64,000 nucleotides of DNA from an uncultured Dehalococcoidia bacterium (GTDB lineage Bacteria > Chloroflexota > Dehalococcoidia > Lucifugimonadales > G958296245), in the NCBI GenBank assembly GCA_958296245.1, contig OY282458.1:234886-298885 (forward strand), read 5' to 3'. Both the position numbers and the translations under genes were made by a program. Positions 1-14,863 of the stretch are shown here, in pieces. Within the stretch, counting starts at the first letter, position 1; every line of letters starts with the position of its first letter. The notes under the pieces are model-generated. The model was not told where the DNA came from and searched no databases. It saw nothing but the letters and a program-made list of their open reading frames with translations.

Positions 1-4
1 TGAC

Positions 5-178
5 GTAACTGTTCGGTCTTCGTGAGATACTTCTCGACCGGCGTAGCCCCGGTAGAGCAGACGTCTTAAGATCCCAACCCGCCCCTTGGTAACTGGGGGC
101 ACAGCCCCCAGCCCCCCTGTCAGAAGGGAGAATCTCCTCGACTCCCCCCCTCGGGTCTCACAGAGCCTGAACAGTTTC
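5..178 (+). mobile_element. MITE-like element, family A
   Basis: Starts GTAACTGTTC and ends CTGAACAGTTTC (imperfect terminal inverted repeat). Core CCGCCCCTTGGTAACTGGGGGCACAGCCCC and GGGTCTCACAGAG are shared with 46841-47003. Confidence 0.75.
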
Positions 179-203
179 CGATGCTTTCCGATACACACGC
201 TTG

Positions 204-233
204 TTGACAATACTCAGGGTTGTATGGTAGGGT
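204..233 (+). promoter_or_regulatory. putative sigma70 promoter of rpoBC
   Basis: TTGACA (204-209), 18-bp spacer, extended -10 TGgTAGGGT (225-233). Confidence 0.5.
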
Positions 234-378
234 ACTTCGGTCGCCTTATGTTCCATCACTGTTGCCTTTTCCCTTTCACCGGGCCGCGCCTTGGGTGGCG
301 TGCGCCTTCTCTTGGGTCCTCTACACTACAACGAGCCTTCTAGGTCGAAGCCTCACGGCTTCAGGAGCGTAGCAACGT

Positions 379-3300
379 ATGGCATCTACTGCCGCGCGAG
401 TCACGAATGGTTCGAACAGAGCCGAGCACACGTACGCTAGGGCCCCTCGGGTTCTCGACGTACCCAACCTCATCCAGGTACAGATCGACTCCTTCGAGTG
501 GTTCAAGTCGGAAGGTCTGAAGGAGCTCTTCGAAGAGATAACCCCCATCGAGGACTTCCCCGGCGGGCGTTTCGAGTTGAGCTTCTTAGAGCACAGGTTC
601 GAAAAGCCGCCGTACACGGAGGACGAATGCCGGGAGCGTGAGTCCACCTATTCGGCGCCGTTGCACGTTACCGTAGAGCTTCATACCAAGGCGCCCGGCC
701 CTGCCGAGGGAGAGAGGAAGCTACAGGACCTGTTCATCGGCGACATCCCCATGATGACGTCGACCGGGACGTTCGTAATCAATGGGGCCGAGCGGGTTGT
801 GGTGAGCCAGCTCGTGCGGTCCCCCGGCGTCTACTTCACGACGAGCGCGGACACGACCACCGGCCGCCTGCTGGCCTCCGCCAAGCTCATTCCCTACCGC
901 GGGGCTTGGATGGAGTTCGAGTCCAGCAACAGGGACGTCATATCCGTAAAGGTGGACCGCAAGCGTAAGAGCCCCGTGAGCATGTTGCTCAGGGCGCTGG
1001 GATACGCGACCGATCAGGAGATCGCGGAGCTGTTCGAGGACATAGACGTAGACCCCGATCACCAGTACGTCAAGGCGACCATCGATAAGGACACCCCGGT
1101 CGCGGACCAGGAGGAGGCTCTACTCGAGTTCTACCGCCGACTGCGGCCCGGAGAGCCTCCCAGTAAAGACAACGCCAAGAACCTGCTCGAAAACCTGTTC
1201 TTCAACCCGCGCAGGTACGACCTGGGTCGGGTGGGGCGGTACAAGCTGAATCGCAGCCTCGGCCTCGACATCGGCCCTGAGGACCGTACGCTGTCGCCGA
1301 AAGACATCATCAGCTTGCTGCGCGCAATGATCCTCATCAACAGGGGCGAGCGCGAGGCGGATGACATAGACCACTTGGGCAACCGGCGCGTGAGGGCGGT
1401 CGGAGAGCTCATCCAGAACCAGGTCCGGATCGGTCTGCTGAGGATGGAACGCGTGATAAAGGAGCGCATGACCACTCAGATGGACCCGGGGACGACCACT
1501 CCGGCGGCGCTGATCAACATAAGGCCGGTGGTGGCTGCCGTAAGAGAGTTCTTCGGCGGGTCCCAGCTCTCGCAATTCATGGACCAGACCAACCCACTGG
1601 CGGAGTTGACTCACAAGCGGAGGTTATCGGCTCTGGGGCCGGGCGGCCTGTCCAGAGAGCGGGCCGGGTTTGACGTCCGGGACGTTCATTTCTCGCATTA
1701 CGGCAGGATATGCCCGATCGAGACGCCGGAAGGCCCGAACATCGGCCTGCTGGGGTCTATGGCTACCTATGCCCGCACCAACGAGTACGGCTTCATAGAG
1801 ACGCCGTACCGCACGGTATCCAAGGAGATCGGCAGCGGCGACCCTAGCCTTGTGGGCCGCCGCGTCAGCGAGACGGTCAAGGACGAGAGCGGCAGGTCGA
1901 TACTCAATGCAGGCGGCCTCGTGTCCAAAGGCATACGTACCCGAATATCCAAGCTTCCTGAGCAGACGATACAGGTGGCGCCGTACGTGTCGTCGAACCG
2001 CGAGGACATCGTATACCTGTCCGCCGACGAGGAAGAGCGCGTGCGGGTGGCGCAGGCCAACTCCCTACTGGACGCCCAAGGGCAGTTCTTGGACGATAGA
2101 GTGGAGACGCGGCACGGGGATTCCGTGTACATGGAGAGCCCGGAGAACATCGAATACATGGACGTGTCTCCGATGCAGCTCGTCAGCGTATCGACCGCGC
2201 TGATACCGTTCCTCGAGCACGACGACGCCAACCGGGCGCTGATGGGCTCGAACATGCAGCGCCAAGCGGTGCCGTTGCTGCGGCCGGACCCGCCCCTGGT
2301 GGGCACCGGAATGGAGCACCAGGTGGCGCGAGACAGCGGCCAAGTCGTCGTGTCCAAGGCCTCCGGGGTTGTCACCGAGGTATCGGGCCAGAGGGTGACA
2401 GTCACCACCGGCGACGACAAGAATGAGGTCCACAAGCTGCAGAAGTTCGTTCGCAGCAACCAGGGCACGTGCATCAACCAGCGTCCCATCGTGAGGCAGG
2501 GCGACTTGGTGAAGACCGGGGACATACTGGCAGACAGTTCGTCCACCGCGTTTGGAGAGCTCGCGCTTGGACAGAATACGTTAGTGGCCTTCATGAGCTG
2601 GGAGGGCTACAACTTCGAGGACGCGATCATCATCAGTGAAAGGCTGGTCAAGGAAGATCGGTTTACTTCGATCCACATCGAGAAGCACGAGGTGGAGTCA
2701 AGAGACACGAAGCTCGGGCCGGAAGAGATCACGCGCGACATCCCTAACGTCGGTGAGGAGAGCCTCCGCAATCTGGACGAGGAAGGGATAGTCAGGATAG
2801 GGGCAGAGGTAAGCCCCGGCGACATCCTGGTGGGTAAGATCACCCCGAAGGGGGAGACCGAGCTGAGCGCCGAGGAGAAGTTGCTGAGGGCGATCTTCGG
2901 AGAGAAGGCCAGGGACGTCAAGGATACGTCTCTCCGCGTGCCCCACGGCGAGCGGGGGAAGGTGATCGAGATCAGGGTCCTCAGCAAGGCCAACAACGAC
3001 GAACTGCCCCCCGGCGTCAACAAGCTTGTAAGGCTCTGGGTAGCGCAGACGCGCAAGATCGCCGAGGGCGACAAGATGGCGGGACGGCACGGGAACAAGG
3101 GGGTAATCTCCCGAATTCTGCCCGAGGAGGACATCCCGTTCCTTCCCGACGGAACGCCCCTGGACATCATCCTGAACCCCATAGGCGTACCGTCTCGTAT
3201 GAACCTCGGCCAGGTCCTCGAGACACACCTTGGCATGGCGGCAAAGACGCTGGGGTTTCGGGCGGTCACCCCGGTATTCGACGGGGCGCGGGACGTATCC

Positions 3301-4149
3301 GTCGAGGACGCCTTGGCGCTTTCGTGGATCATCGAGAAGTCGGGGGCGGTGGACCCGAGGCCGTTAGAAGGCACGGGCCAATCGCTCATCGACCTAGGCA
3401 TCGTTCGGGCTTGGCTCGGCGAACGGGGATACGATTACGACCAACTGTTCAACTCCCAAGCACCGGGTGAGGCGTCGGATGCCGGGCTCCGTATCTGGTT
3501 CCAGGAGGAGAGGGGGCTGGACGTTTCGGACAAATCGACGGGGGAGCTCAGGGACGAGATGCTCAGACTGAACCGAGAGGAGCAGGTGGCTGCCCCGGTG
3601 CTGGGCAAGTCCATCCTGTACGACGGTCGAACGGGTGAGCCGTTCGACCAGCCGATCACGGTAGGCTACATCTACATGATGAAGCTCATGCACCTAGTGG
3701 AAGACAAGATCCACTCGCGGTCGACCGGCCCTTACTCGCTGATCACGCAACAGCCACTGGGCGGCAAGGCGCAGTTCGGAGGCCAGAGGTTCGGCGAGAT
3801 GGAGGTGTGGGCGCTGGAGGCGTACAGCGCTGCCTATAACCTCCAAGAGATGTTGACCGTCAAGTCCGACGACGTCGTCGGGAGGGTCAAGACGTACGAG
3901 GCCATCGTAAAGGGTGAGGACATCGTTCAGCCGGGCATCCCGGAGTCCTTCCACGTCCTGCTGAAGGAGCTCCAGAGCCTTGGGCTGTCCGTAGAGCTGC
4001 TGTACGAAGAGCCCGACCACCTCGCCCTTGCGGAAGGCGCGGTGGGGGACGGCAACGGCGGCGTGCAGCGCCTGGGAGATGGTGCGGGGTTCGGTGGGCT
4101 TGGGGAGGATGCCCCAGTGGTCCAGCTCCCAACGGTGCTCGAAAGTTAG
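379..4149 (+). CDS. rpoB: RNA polymerase beta subunit
   Basis: Motifs [55 protein letters not shown]. Confidence 0.99.
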   Translation: MASTAARVTNGSNRAEHTYARAPRVLDVPNLIQVQIDSFEWFKSEGLKELFEEITPIEDFPGGRFELSFLEHRFEKPPYTEDECRERESTYSAPLHVTVELHTKAPGPAEGERKLQDLFIGDIPMMTSTGTFVINGAERVVVSQLVRSPGVYFTTSADTTTGRLLASAKLIPYRGAWMEFESSNRDVISVKVDRKRKSPVSMLLRALGYATDQEIAELFEDIDVDPDHQYVKATIDKDTPVADQEEALLEFYRRLRPGEPPSKDNAKNLLENLFFNPRRYDLGRVGRYKLNRSLGLDIGPEDRTLSPKDIISLLRAMILINRGEREADDIDHLGNRRVRAVGELIQNQVRIGLLRMERVIKERMTTQMDPGTTTPAALINIRPVVAAVREFFGGSQLSQFMDQTNPLAELTHKRRLSALGPGGLSRERAGFDVRDVHFSHYGRICPIETPEGPNIGLLGSMATYARTNEYGFIETPYRTVSKEIGSGDPSLVGRRVSETVKDESGRSILNAGGLVSKGIRTRISKLPEQTIQVAPYVSSNREDIVYLSADEEERVRVAQANSLLDAQGQFLDDRVETRHGDSVYMESPENIEYMDVSPMQLVSVSTALIPFLEHDDANRALMGSNMQRQAVPLLRPDPPLVGTGMEHQVARDSGQVVVSKASGVVTEVSGQRVTVTTGDDKNEVHKLQKFVRSNQGTCINQRPIVRQGDLVKTGDILADSSSTAFGELALGQNTLVAFMSWEGYNFEDAIIISERLVKEDRFTSIHIEKHEVESRDTKLGPEEITRDIPNVGEESLRNLDEEGIVRIGAEVSPGDILVGKITPKGETELSAEEKLLRAIFGEKARDVKDTSLRVPHGERGKVIEIRVLSKANNDELPPGVNKLVRLWVAQTRKIAEGDKMAGRHGNKGVISRILPEEDIPFLPDGTPLDIILNPIGVPSRMNLGQVLETHLGMAAKTLGFRAVTPVFDGARDVSVEDALALSWIIEKSGAVDPRPLEGTGQSLIDLGIVRAWLGERGYDYDQLFNSQAPGEASDAGLRIWFQEERGLDVSDKSTGELRDEMLRLNREEQVAAPVLGKSILYDGRTGEPFDQPITVGYIYMMKLMHLVEDKIHSRSTGPYSLITQQPLGGKAQFGGQRFGEMEVWALEAYSAAYNLQEMLTVKSDDVVGRVKTYEAIVKGEDIVQPGIPESFHVLLKELQSLGLSVELLYEEPDHLALAEGAVGDGNGGVQRLGDGAGFGGLGEDAPVVQLPTVLES

Positions 4150-4270
4150 AAATGGCGCAGGGGGCTAGGCCGCCGGTGACGAGGGGCGGCACGGCCCGAG
4201 GGGAGCATCCGGCCTGAGCCTGCCGGCCAAGCCGGTTCGGTATCCAACGAGTCTGACAGGAGAATGCCAC

Positions 4271-8293
<4,023 letters not shown>

Positions 8294-8329
8294 ACGGCTC
8301 CGCACCGGCAGTCTGCGGGAAATACGGGC

Positions 8330-8425
8330 GCGCGCAGAGGGGCGGATCCCCTTTGACGGAGTTCTGAGGATAGCCCTCGGATACAAGCCCGTGACCCCTT
8401 CCTGACAGGAACAGGAAGGGGTCAC
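8330..8425 (-). repeat. multi-hairpin repeat, family B; probable bidirectional terminator between convergent rpoC and pgl
   Basis: Perfect hairpin GTGACCCCTTCCTG...CAGGAAGGGGTCAC (8391-8425). The reverse complement aligns with 48499-48592. Confidence 0.65.
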
Positions 8426-9537
8426 GGGCCCGGAGCGAAGACGTGACAGCCCGGGGACGGGACCGAAGTTTGGCAGCCCGTCGCCTCCAGGGCGCCGCTC
8501 TCCTGGTCGATCCGGAACGTGACCACTGTGTCCGTGTGTTGATTACCGACGACCAGATACCGCCCCGTTGGGTCGATGGCGAAGTTGCGCGGGGAGCTGC
8601 CCCGGGTATGTTCGTTGCCTGCATGTTCCAGCTTCCCGGTGCGCCCGTCTATCCGGTACGCGGCGATGCTATCGTGGCCGCGGTTGGAGGCGTAGAGGAA
8701 CCTTCCTGAAGGGTGGACGTGCAGGTCGGCCGGGTGGTTCGTTCCGCCGAAGCCCGGCGGTATGGTGGCAAGGGTCTGAAGTTCTGTGAGAACCCCGGCC
8801 CGATCGTCGTAGGCGAACGCGGTAACCGTCGAATCCAGTTCGTTGACCACGTACGCGCGCCTTCCGCTGGGATGGAAGTCGAAGTGCCTGGGCCCGGCTC
8901 CGGGCGCAGTCGTCACCCAAGGCGCGGGGTTTGGCGAGACCCTGCCGGACGCCGCGTCGAGACCGTAGACCATCACCTTGTCCAGCCCGAGGTCCGGCGC
9001 GAGGGCGTGGTTGTTCCCGGGGTCGACGAAGAACGAGTGCGGGTGGGGTTCTTGCTGCCGGTCGGGGTTTACGCCGGAGCCTTCGTGCCGGATGCCGGCC
9101 GTCGGCTCGCCCACGCTGCCGTCGTCGTTCAGGGAGAAGACGGCGATACTGCCTCCGCCGTAGTTGGCAACGAGCAGGAGCCGCGCCGTCTTGTCGAGGC
9201 TGAGGTGACACGGCAGACCCCCTCCCGACGCAACCCGGTTCAGGAGGGTAAGCCTGTCCGTCCGAGGGTCGACTCGGAACGCGCTAACGGCCCCCCCGGG
9301 ATGCTCGGCCCTGTTCCAAACCTCGTGGACACTGTATAGCAACCTCCCGTTGGGGTGGAAGGCGAGGAAGCAAGGATTGTCGGGTACGCGGTCCGATCCC
9401 GTCACTTCCAGGCCGCCTGTGGCTGCGTCGAGGCGCAGAGTGTATATGCCCTCGCTCGCGCCGGTCGGGTGCTTGTCCCCGTGCTCCTGAGTGTAGGTAC
9501 CAACGTACATCGTTAGCGAACCGGCTTGTGTACTCAT
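8422..9537 (-). CDS. pgl: 6-phosphogluconolactonase / lactonase, 7-bladed beta-propeller family
   Basis: YVGTYT, ANYGGGS, HPH, PDLGLD, GPRH, SNRGHDS motifs. Start moved to the ATG after GGAGGA. Confidence 0.85.
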   Translation of the reverse strand: MSTQAGSLTMYVGTYTQEHGDKHPTGASEGIYTLRLDAATGGLEVTGSDRVPDNPCFLAFHPNGRLLYSVHEVWNRAEHPGGAVSAFRVDPRTDRLTLLNRVASGGGLPCHLSLDKTARLLLVANYGGGSIAVFSLNDDGSVGEPTAGIRHEGSGVNPDRQQEPHPHSFFVDPGNNHALAPDLGLDKVMVYGLDAASGRVSPNPAPWVTTAPGAGPRHFDFHPSGRRAYVVNELDSTVTAFAYDDRAGVLTELQTLATIPPGFGGTNHPADLHVHPSGRFLYASNRGHDSIAAYRIDGRTGKLEHAGNEHTRGSSPRNFAIDPTGRYLVVGNQHTDTVVTFRIDQESGALEATGCQTSVPSPGCHVFAPGP

Positions 9538-9613
9538 GCTTCCTCCTTCGGCCGAACATTCTTCGGCAACGCGCTTAGTGTGCCCCGGGGCGGCCATGCG
9601 CGTCAAATACCAA

Positions 9614-9674
9614 GTGCCGCCCCGATCTGGTGTGCCGCGTCTCGTACGGCGAGTTTACCCCAAACGGTCATCTC
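9614..9674 (+). other. 61-bp ectopic copy of ligD 3' coding sequence
   Basis: 60/61 identical to the reverse complement of 39515-39575 (CRPDLVCRVSYGEFTPNGHL). Confidence 0.9.
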
Positions 9675-9799
9675 TCCCTCTCCGACATGGGGTCTGGGGC
9701 TGTGCCCCAGTTACCAGGGGCGGGTGGGTGGACCTTAAAGATGTCTGCTTTATCGGGGCTGCGCCAGTCGAAGATGGCCTCACGAAGTCTGAACAGTCA
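9675..9799 (-). mobile_element. MITE-like family A, partial
   Basis: GGGGCTGTGCCCCAGTTACCAGGGGCGGGTGGG...GCTTTATCGGGGCTGCGCCAGTCGAA...TCTGAACAGT is the reverse complement of the family A left half. Confidence 0.75.
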
Positions 9800-9830
9800 T
9801 AGCTTGACGGGGGCCTGCCCGCTGTCCGTC

Positions 9831-9839
9831 TGATATAAT
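9831..9839 (+). promoter_or_regulatory. extended -10 promoter of tig-clpP
   Basis: TGaTATAAT upstream of the AGGAG RBS and TTG start. Confidence 0.55.
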
Positions 9840-9867
9840 TGAACCCAGCCTCACGTAGGAGCTCCGG

Positions 9868-11223
9868 TTGAAGATAACTCAAGAAGAGATGGTAGAGCGC
9901 CAAACGGTGCTCCACGTCGAGCTTGAGGACGAGGATCTCGAACCCTATCTACAGCGCGTATACCGCAGGGTCGCCCAGCGGGCCGCGATACCGGGGTTCC
10001 GCAAAGGCAAGGCTCCCCGCGCCGTAGTGGAGCGGTTCCTAGGCCCCGGAGGTCTTCTTCATGAATCGCTCGGCGACGCCGTCCCCGCCCTTGCCGACCA
10101 GGCCGTATCCGCCCGTCAGCTCGAACCCGTCGTTCCGCCTCACTTGGAGGTGGTCGATACTGAGCCCGTTACCATCAAAGTCACCGTAGCGGCCAAGCCC
10201 GGCATAGACTTGGGCGAATACGGCAGCATCCGGCTGGAGGAGGACGAGATCGAGGTTGAGGATGAGCACGTCGAGGAAGCCATCCGGAACATGCAGCAGG
10301 ATTCGGGCTCCTGGGAGCCGGTCGAACGCCCGGTCAAGCCGGGGGACATGGTGACTCTCGACGTCACCGGGACCGTGGAGGGGCGCGTCGTCTTGGAAGA
10401 GAAGGACACCGTCTACAATGCCGAAGACGGCAGCAGCATCCCCTTTCCGGGGTTCTCAGAGAACCTCGTGGAAGCTGTGGCAGGGCGCCCCAGGGAGTTC
10501 TCCATTGCCATTCCGGAGGACTACGCAGACGTAAGCCTGGCCGGGAAGTCCTGCGACTTTACGGTTACTGTCAGCGAAATCAAGGAGCAGCGGCTCCCGG
10601 ACCTGGATGACGAGTTCGCCAAGGGCGCCGGGGACGGTTACGAGTCCATGGCCCAGCTTCGCGAGGCCGTCGAAAGAGACCTGAGGACGAGAGCGGAAGA
10701 GGCGGGGAAGAGCCGGTACAGGCAGCGAGCCGTAGAGGCTCTGCTCGAAACGGCGACTGTGGAGATGGCCCCGCTCCACGTAGAACATGAGCACCGGCAC
10801 GCTGCGTACAACCGGGCCCGCTTCGTGCAGAGCCTCAACTTGCAGTATGACGACTACCTCCGCTATAGAGGCAAGACGAGGGAGGAAGATGAAGAGGAGA
10901 TACGCGAGGCGGCCATGCGTCACTTGACGCAGTCCTACGCCATCCGGGAGCTGGCGGAGAAGGAAGGCATAGAGGTCAGCGACGACGAGATAGACGACAA
11001 GCTCCAAGAGGCGTTGGACTCGGGAGGCGAAGCCGTGGCGCAACTCCGTGAAGCTCCGGACCAAGAACGAGTACGCGAGTCCGTACGCGCCTCGCTCCAG
11101 GAAGACAAGGCTATCGACCTACTTACAACTATCGCGCGGGGGGAGGCGCCGGAAGAGAGGCCGTCTGAGGAACAGGGCGAGGCGGCGTTAGATGAGACGG
11201 CGCCGGAAGAAAAGACTGGATGA
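9868..11223 (+). CDS. tig: trigger factor
   Basis: Ribosome-binding signature [14 protein letters not shown]-like middle domain, tig-clpP-clpX order. Confidence 0.96.
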   Translation: MKITQEEMVERQTVLHVELEDEDLEPYLQRVYRRVAQRAAIPGFRKGKAPRAVVERFLGPGGLLHESLGDAVPALADQAVSARQLEPVVPPHLEVVDTEPVTIKVTVAAKPGIDLGEYGSIRLEEDEIEVEDEHVEEAIRNMQQDSGSWEPVERPVKPGDMVTLDVTGTVEGRVVLEEKDTVYNAEDGSSIPFPGFSENLVEAVAGRPREFSIAIPEDYADVSLAGKSCDFTVTVSEIKEQRLPDLDDEFAKGAGDGYESMAQLREAVERDLRTRAEEAGKSRYRQRAVEALLETATVEMAPLHVEHEHRHAAYNRARFVQSLNLQYDDYLRYRGKTREEDEEEIREAAMRHLTQSYAIRELAEKEGIEVSDDEIDDKLQEALDSGGEAVAQLREAPDQERVRESVRASLQEDKAIDLLTTIARGEAPEERPSEEQGEAALDETAPEEKTG

Positions 11224-11270
11224 CGGCAGAACCCCGTTGGTGGGATGTTGAGAACTCCAAGGAGGAGGCA

Positions 11271-11903
11271 GTGAAGTTGACGACCCGTCCTGAAAACCTG
11301 ATCCCTATGGTGGTTGAGAGCGGCGCCCGCGGGGAGAGGGCCTATGATATCTACTCGCTGCTGCTGAAGGAGCGCATCATCTTCCTCGGGACCCCCATCT
11401 CCGACCCGGTGTCCAACGCGATAATCGCCCAACTGCTCTTCCTCGACAGAGAGGACCCCGAGAGAGACATCCACTTCTACATCAATTCGCCGGGCGGCGT
11501 CATCACCTCGGGCCTGGCTATCTACGACACGATGCAGCTCATCCGACCCGCCGTGTCCACTATATGCATAGGCATGGCTGCCAGCATGGCGACGGTATTG
11601 CTCTGCGCGGGCGCGCCCCGCAAGCGCTTTGCCCTCCCCAATGCGACAGTGCACATGCATCAGCCGATCTCCGGCGCACAGGGGCAGGCTTCCGACATAG
11701 AGATCCACGCCCGCGAGATACTGAGGATGCAGGACAAGATGAGGCAGATCATCTCCGGCCACACCGGACAACCGTATGAAAAGGTCGCCAGGGACACCGA
11801 CCGCGACTATTATCTGAGTGCCGAAGAGGCTAGGGAATACGGACTGGTGGACGACGTTCTCTCTGCCTCGAAAGAGGAAGCCACTGCCGGGGCGTCATCC
11901 TGA
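11271..11903 (+). CDS. clpP: ATP-dependent Clp protease proteolytic subunit
   Basis: [25 protein letters not shown] (catalytic Ser), HQP. GTG start after GGAGGAGG. Confidence 0.98.
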   Translation: MKLTTRPENLIPMVVESGARGERAYDIYSLLLKERIIFLGTPISDPVSNAIIAQLLFLDREDPERDIHFYINSPGGVITSGLAIYDTMQLIRPAVSTICIGMAASMATVLLCAGAPRKRFALPNATVHMHQPISGAQGQASDIEIHAREILRMQDKMRQIISGHTGQPYEKVARDTDRDYYLSAEEAREYGLVDDVLSASKEEATAGASS

Positions 11904-11954
11904 GCTTAGGCAAACCCCGCTCAAACGGTATAGCAGGCTTACGGGTACGGAGGG

Positions 11955-12354
11955 CAGACCCTGTGAGACCCGGCGGGAAAGTCCGGAGGTTCTCCCCTTC
12001 TGGGCAGGGGGCTGGTATGCAGGCGAGACGCCTGCGCTCCAGGCCGGAGGTTCTCCCCTTCTCGGCAGGGGGGCTGGTATGCAGGCGAGACGCCTGCGCT
12101 CCAGGCCGGAGGTTCTCCCCTTCTCGGCAGGGGGGCTGGTATGCAGGCGAGACGCCTGCGCTCCAGGCCGGAGGTTCTCCCCTTCTCGGCAAGGGGGTCT
12201 GGTATGCAGGCGAGACGCCTGCGCTCCAGGCCAGAGGTTCTCCCCTACGGCAGGGGGTATGGGGGCTGTGCCCCCGGTTACCAAGGAGCGGGCGGGATCA
12301 AAGACATCGAGGCTACGCCAGTCGAAAAGGACCTCACGGACTCTGAACTGTTAC
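11955..12354 (-). mobile_element. MITE-like family A carrying an internal tandem array of four 62-63 bp REP-like units
   Basis: Family A ends (CAGACCCTGTGAGACCC ... CTCTGAACTGTTAC). GCAGGCGAGACGCCTGCGCTCC at 12019, 12081, 12143, 12206. Confidence 0.8.
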
Positions 12355-12469
12355 GTAAAAGTACGAAAGAGTTCTTCCGCAGCCTGATAGAATAATAATG
12401 ACGCGCCACGAAGACCACCGCAGGCCGGGCCCGATGGCCGTACTGCGAAGAGGACGGCGAGAGGGCTAA

Positions 12470-13768
12470 ATGCCTGCACCGCGAGGCGAGCAGAGCAACA
12501 ACTATACCTGTTCGTTCTGCAGCAAGGCGCAAAACCAGGTCAAACGCCTGATCGCCGGGCCTGACCGGGTCTTCATCTGCGACGAATGCGTCGGGCTGTG
12601 CGGTCAGATCATCTCCGAGGAGAGCCCCACCCCACTACACGACGCCAGCCGCCTGATGGCAAAGGGCATCAGCCCTAAGTGGCTCTATAACAAGCTCGAC
12701 GAGTACGTTATCGGCCAAGAGCGGGCCAAGAAGGTCCTCAGCGTCGCAGTCTACAATCACTACAAACGCGTCTGGTCCAAACAGCGCTATTCCGACGTGG
12801 AGCTCCAGAAGGCCAATATCCTACTCCTTGGCCCTGCGGGCTCCGGTAAGACGCTGCTGGCCCAGACGCTGGCCAAGATCCTCGACGTCCCATTCGCAAT
12901 AGCCGACGCCACGTCGCTGACCGAGGCGGGGTACGTCGGCGAAGACGTGGAGAACATCCTCCTCCAGCTGATCCAAGCCGCCGACTTCGATATCTCGCGC
13001 GCCGAGCAGGGCATCATCTACATCGACGAGATCGACAAGATCGCCCGCAAGAACCCCAACCCGTCCATCACGCGCGACGTGTCCGGGGAGGGGGTGCAGC
13101 AGGCGTTGCTGAAGATAGTGGAGGGCTGCGTCGCAAACGTGCCGCCCCAGGGCGGGCGCAAGCACCCCCACCAAGACTTCCTTCAGATACATACCGACAA
13201 CATCCTGTTCATGTGCGGAGGGGCGTTCGAGGGCCTGAGCGAGATGACGGAGTGGCGGCTCTCCAAGGACAAGGCAACCATCGGATTCCAGGCCAACGCC
13301 TCCAAGCCGCCCAACGCCGAAACCAACGGCCATTTCCTCAATCAAGTCACCTCGGACGACCTGCTCAAGTATGGATTCATCCCCGAGTTCGTGGGCCGGC
13401 TCCCGGTAGTAGTCAGCCTCGACGGCTTGGACAGAGAAGCCCTGGTGCGTGTCCTTACCGAACCCAAGAACGCAGTCGTGCGGCAGTACCAGGAGCTCTT
13501 CAGGATGGACAGCGTCGAGCTGGCGCTCACGGATAGGGCGCTCGAAGCGGCGGCGGATGAGGCTCTCAAGCAGGGTACCGGCGCCCGGGGGCTGCGCTCC
13601 ATCTTGGAGCGGGCCCTGCTCGACGTGATGTACGAGTTGCCCACGCTGAACGACATCGCCCGCTGCGATGTCGACGCGGACGCAATACTTGGAGCCGAAG
13701 ACGTCCTGCTCTCGACCTCGACCGGCAAGGCGCTGAAGATGCCGTCGCGAGCGAAGAAGTCAGCCTGA
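12470..13768 (+). CDS. clpX: ATP-dependent Clp protease ATP-binding subunit
   Basis: C4 zinc finger CSFC...ICDEC, GSGKT, GYVG loop, [12 protein letters not shown] loop. Confidence 0.98.
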   Translation: MPAPRGEQSNNYTCSFCSKAQNQVKRLIAGPDRVFICDECVGLCGQIISEESPTPLHDASRLMAKGISPKWLYNKLDEYVIGQERAKKVLSVAVYNHYKRVWSKQRYSDVELQKANILLLGPAGSGKTLLAQTLAKILDVPFAIADATSLTEAGYVGEDVENILLQLIQAADFDISRAEQGIIYIDEIDKIARKNPNPSITRDVSGEGVQQALLKIVEGCVANVPPQGGRKHPHQDFLQIHTDNILFMCGGAFEGLSEMTEWRLSKDKATIGFQANASKPPNAETNGHFLNQVTSDDLLKYGFIPEFVGRLPVVVSLDGLDREALVRVLTEPKNAVVRQYQELFRMDSVELALTDRALEAAADEALKQGTGARGLRSILERALLDVMYELPTLNDIARCDVDADAILGAEDVLLSTSTGKALKMPSRAKKSA

Positions 13769-13908
13769 CCCGCTTCCGGGATTCGGCCCGAGCCCTACGC
13801 AGCCACTGGCCTACTCCTCGACACGGCGGCCTCGAATGGGCGCGCCGCGCATGACGCAGCGGCAGGACAGCGCGGCGCGGTCGTATCCCCAGGAGCATTG
13901 CCCCTCCG

Positions 13909-14784
13909 ATGAAGATTCACCTCGTAGACGCCACGTACGAATTGTTCCGGGCGCACTTCGGGTCCCCTCCGGCCGCGGCGCCGGACGGACGCCCGACCGG
14001 CGCCGTCCGAGGCTTCATACAGACCATGTTAGCCCTGCTGGCGCAGCCCGGCGTCACCCACGTAGCGTGCGCGTTCGACCACGTCATCGAATCGTTCCGC
14101 AACGACCTGTTCGACGGTTACAAAGACGGCTCCGGGGTCCCGCAGGTCCTGGCGGAGCAGTTCGATACCGCCGAGGAGGCCGCCGCGGCTTTGGGGTTGG
14201 TCGTCTGGCCAATGGTCGAATTCGAGGCCGACGACGCCATAGCCACGGCGGTCCATAGGTGGAAGGACCATCCGGAGGTAGACCAGATCGTTATCTGCTC
14301 GCCCGACAAGGACATGACCCAGCTCGTCCAGGGCGACAAGGTGGTGTGTCTGGATCGACGGCGCGGCTTGGTCGTCAACGAAGACGCCGTTGTGAACAAG
14401 TTCGGCGTCCCGCCGGAGTCCATCCCTGACTACCTGGCCCTTGTAGGCGACTCCGCCGACGGCATACCGGGAGTCCCGCGTTGGGGAGCCAAGTCGACGG
14501 CGCAAGTGCTGGCTAGGTACGCGCACGTCGAGTCGGTGCCCGAAGATGCGGCGGACTGGGACGTGTCGCCCCGAGGCGCTGCGTCTATGGCGAGGCAGTT
14601 GACCCAGCGGCTCCGCGAGGCCCTTCTCTACCGGAGCTTGGCGACGCTGCGCGCGGACGTGCCTCTCACCGAGTCCCTCGACGACCTTCGCTGGGAAGGT
14701 GTGCCGCGTCGTCGCTACACCGACCTTTGCCGCCGCCTTGGTCTGCTTCGCCTGCTGGACGCCCCAGCCAGATGGTCGGAATGA
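13909..14784 (+). CDS. stand-alone 5'-3' exonuclease / flap endonuclease (PolA N-terminal-like)
   Basis: LVDA, FEADD, DKD, H3TH motif LVGDSADGIPGVP. Confidence 0.9.
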   Translation: MKIHLVDATYELFRAHFGSPPAAAPDGRPTGAVRGFIQTMLALLAQPGVTHVACAFDHVIESFRNDLFDGYKDGSGVPQVLAEQFDTAEEAAAALGLVVWPMVEFEADDAIATAVHRWKDHPEVDQIVICSPDKDMTQLVQGDKVVCLDRRRGLVVNEDAVVNKFGVPPESIPDYLALVGDSADGIPGVPRWGAKSTAQVLARYAHVESVPEDAADWDVSPRGAASMARQLTQRLREALLYRSLATLRADVPLTESLDDLRWEGVPRRRYTDLCRRLGLLRLLDAPARWSE

Positions 14785-14806
14785 CCGCGTAGCATTGTCA
14801 TGGCGT

Positions 14807-14831
14807 GAGATATAGTTCTAGACTATATCTC
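14807..14831. promoter_or_regulatory. perfect inverted repeat (operator-like) upstream of the glycosyltransferase cluster
   Basis: GAGATATAGT-tctag-ACTATATCTC, AT-rich, overlapping a possible TTGTCA...TAGACT promoter. Confidence 0.45.
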
Positions 14832-14863
14832 TCACACCATTCTGGGCCTGGTGGAGCACCGCA

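Noticed and set aside
9804-9809. TTGACG as the -35 of the tig promoter
   Set aside because: It lies 24 bp from TATAAT, which is too far; only the extended -10 was kept.
11983-12258. CRISPR array or repeat-protein ORFs (also 59234-59572)
   Set aside because: The inter-repeat sequences are near-identical, and the AGETPALQ-type ORFs are translations of the repeat.
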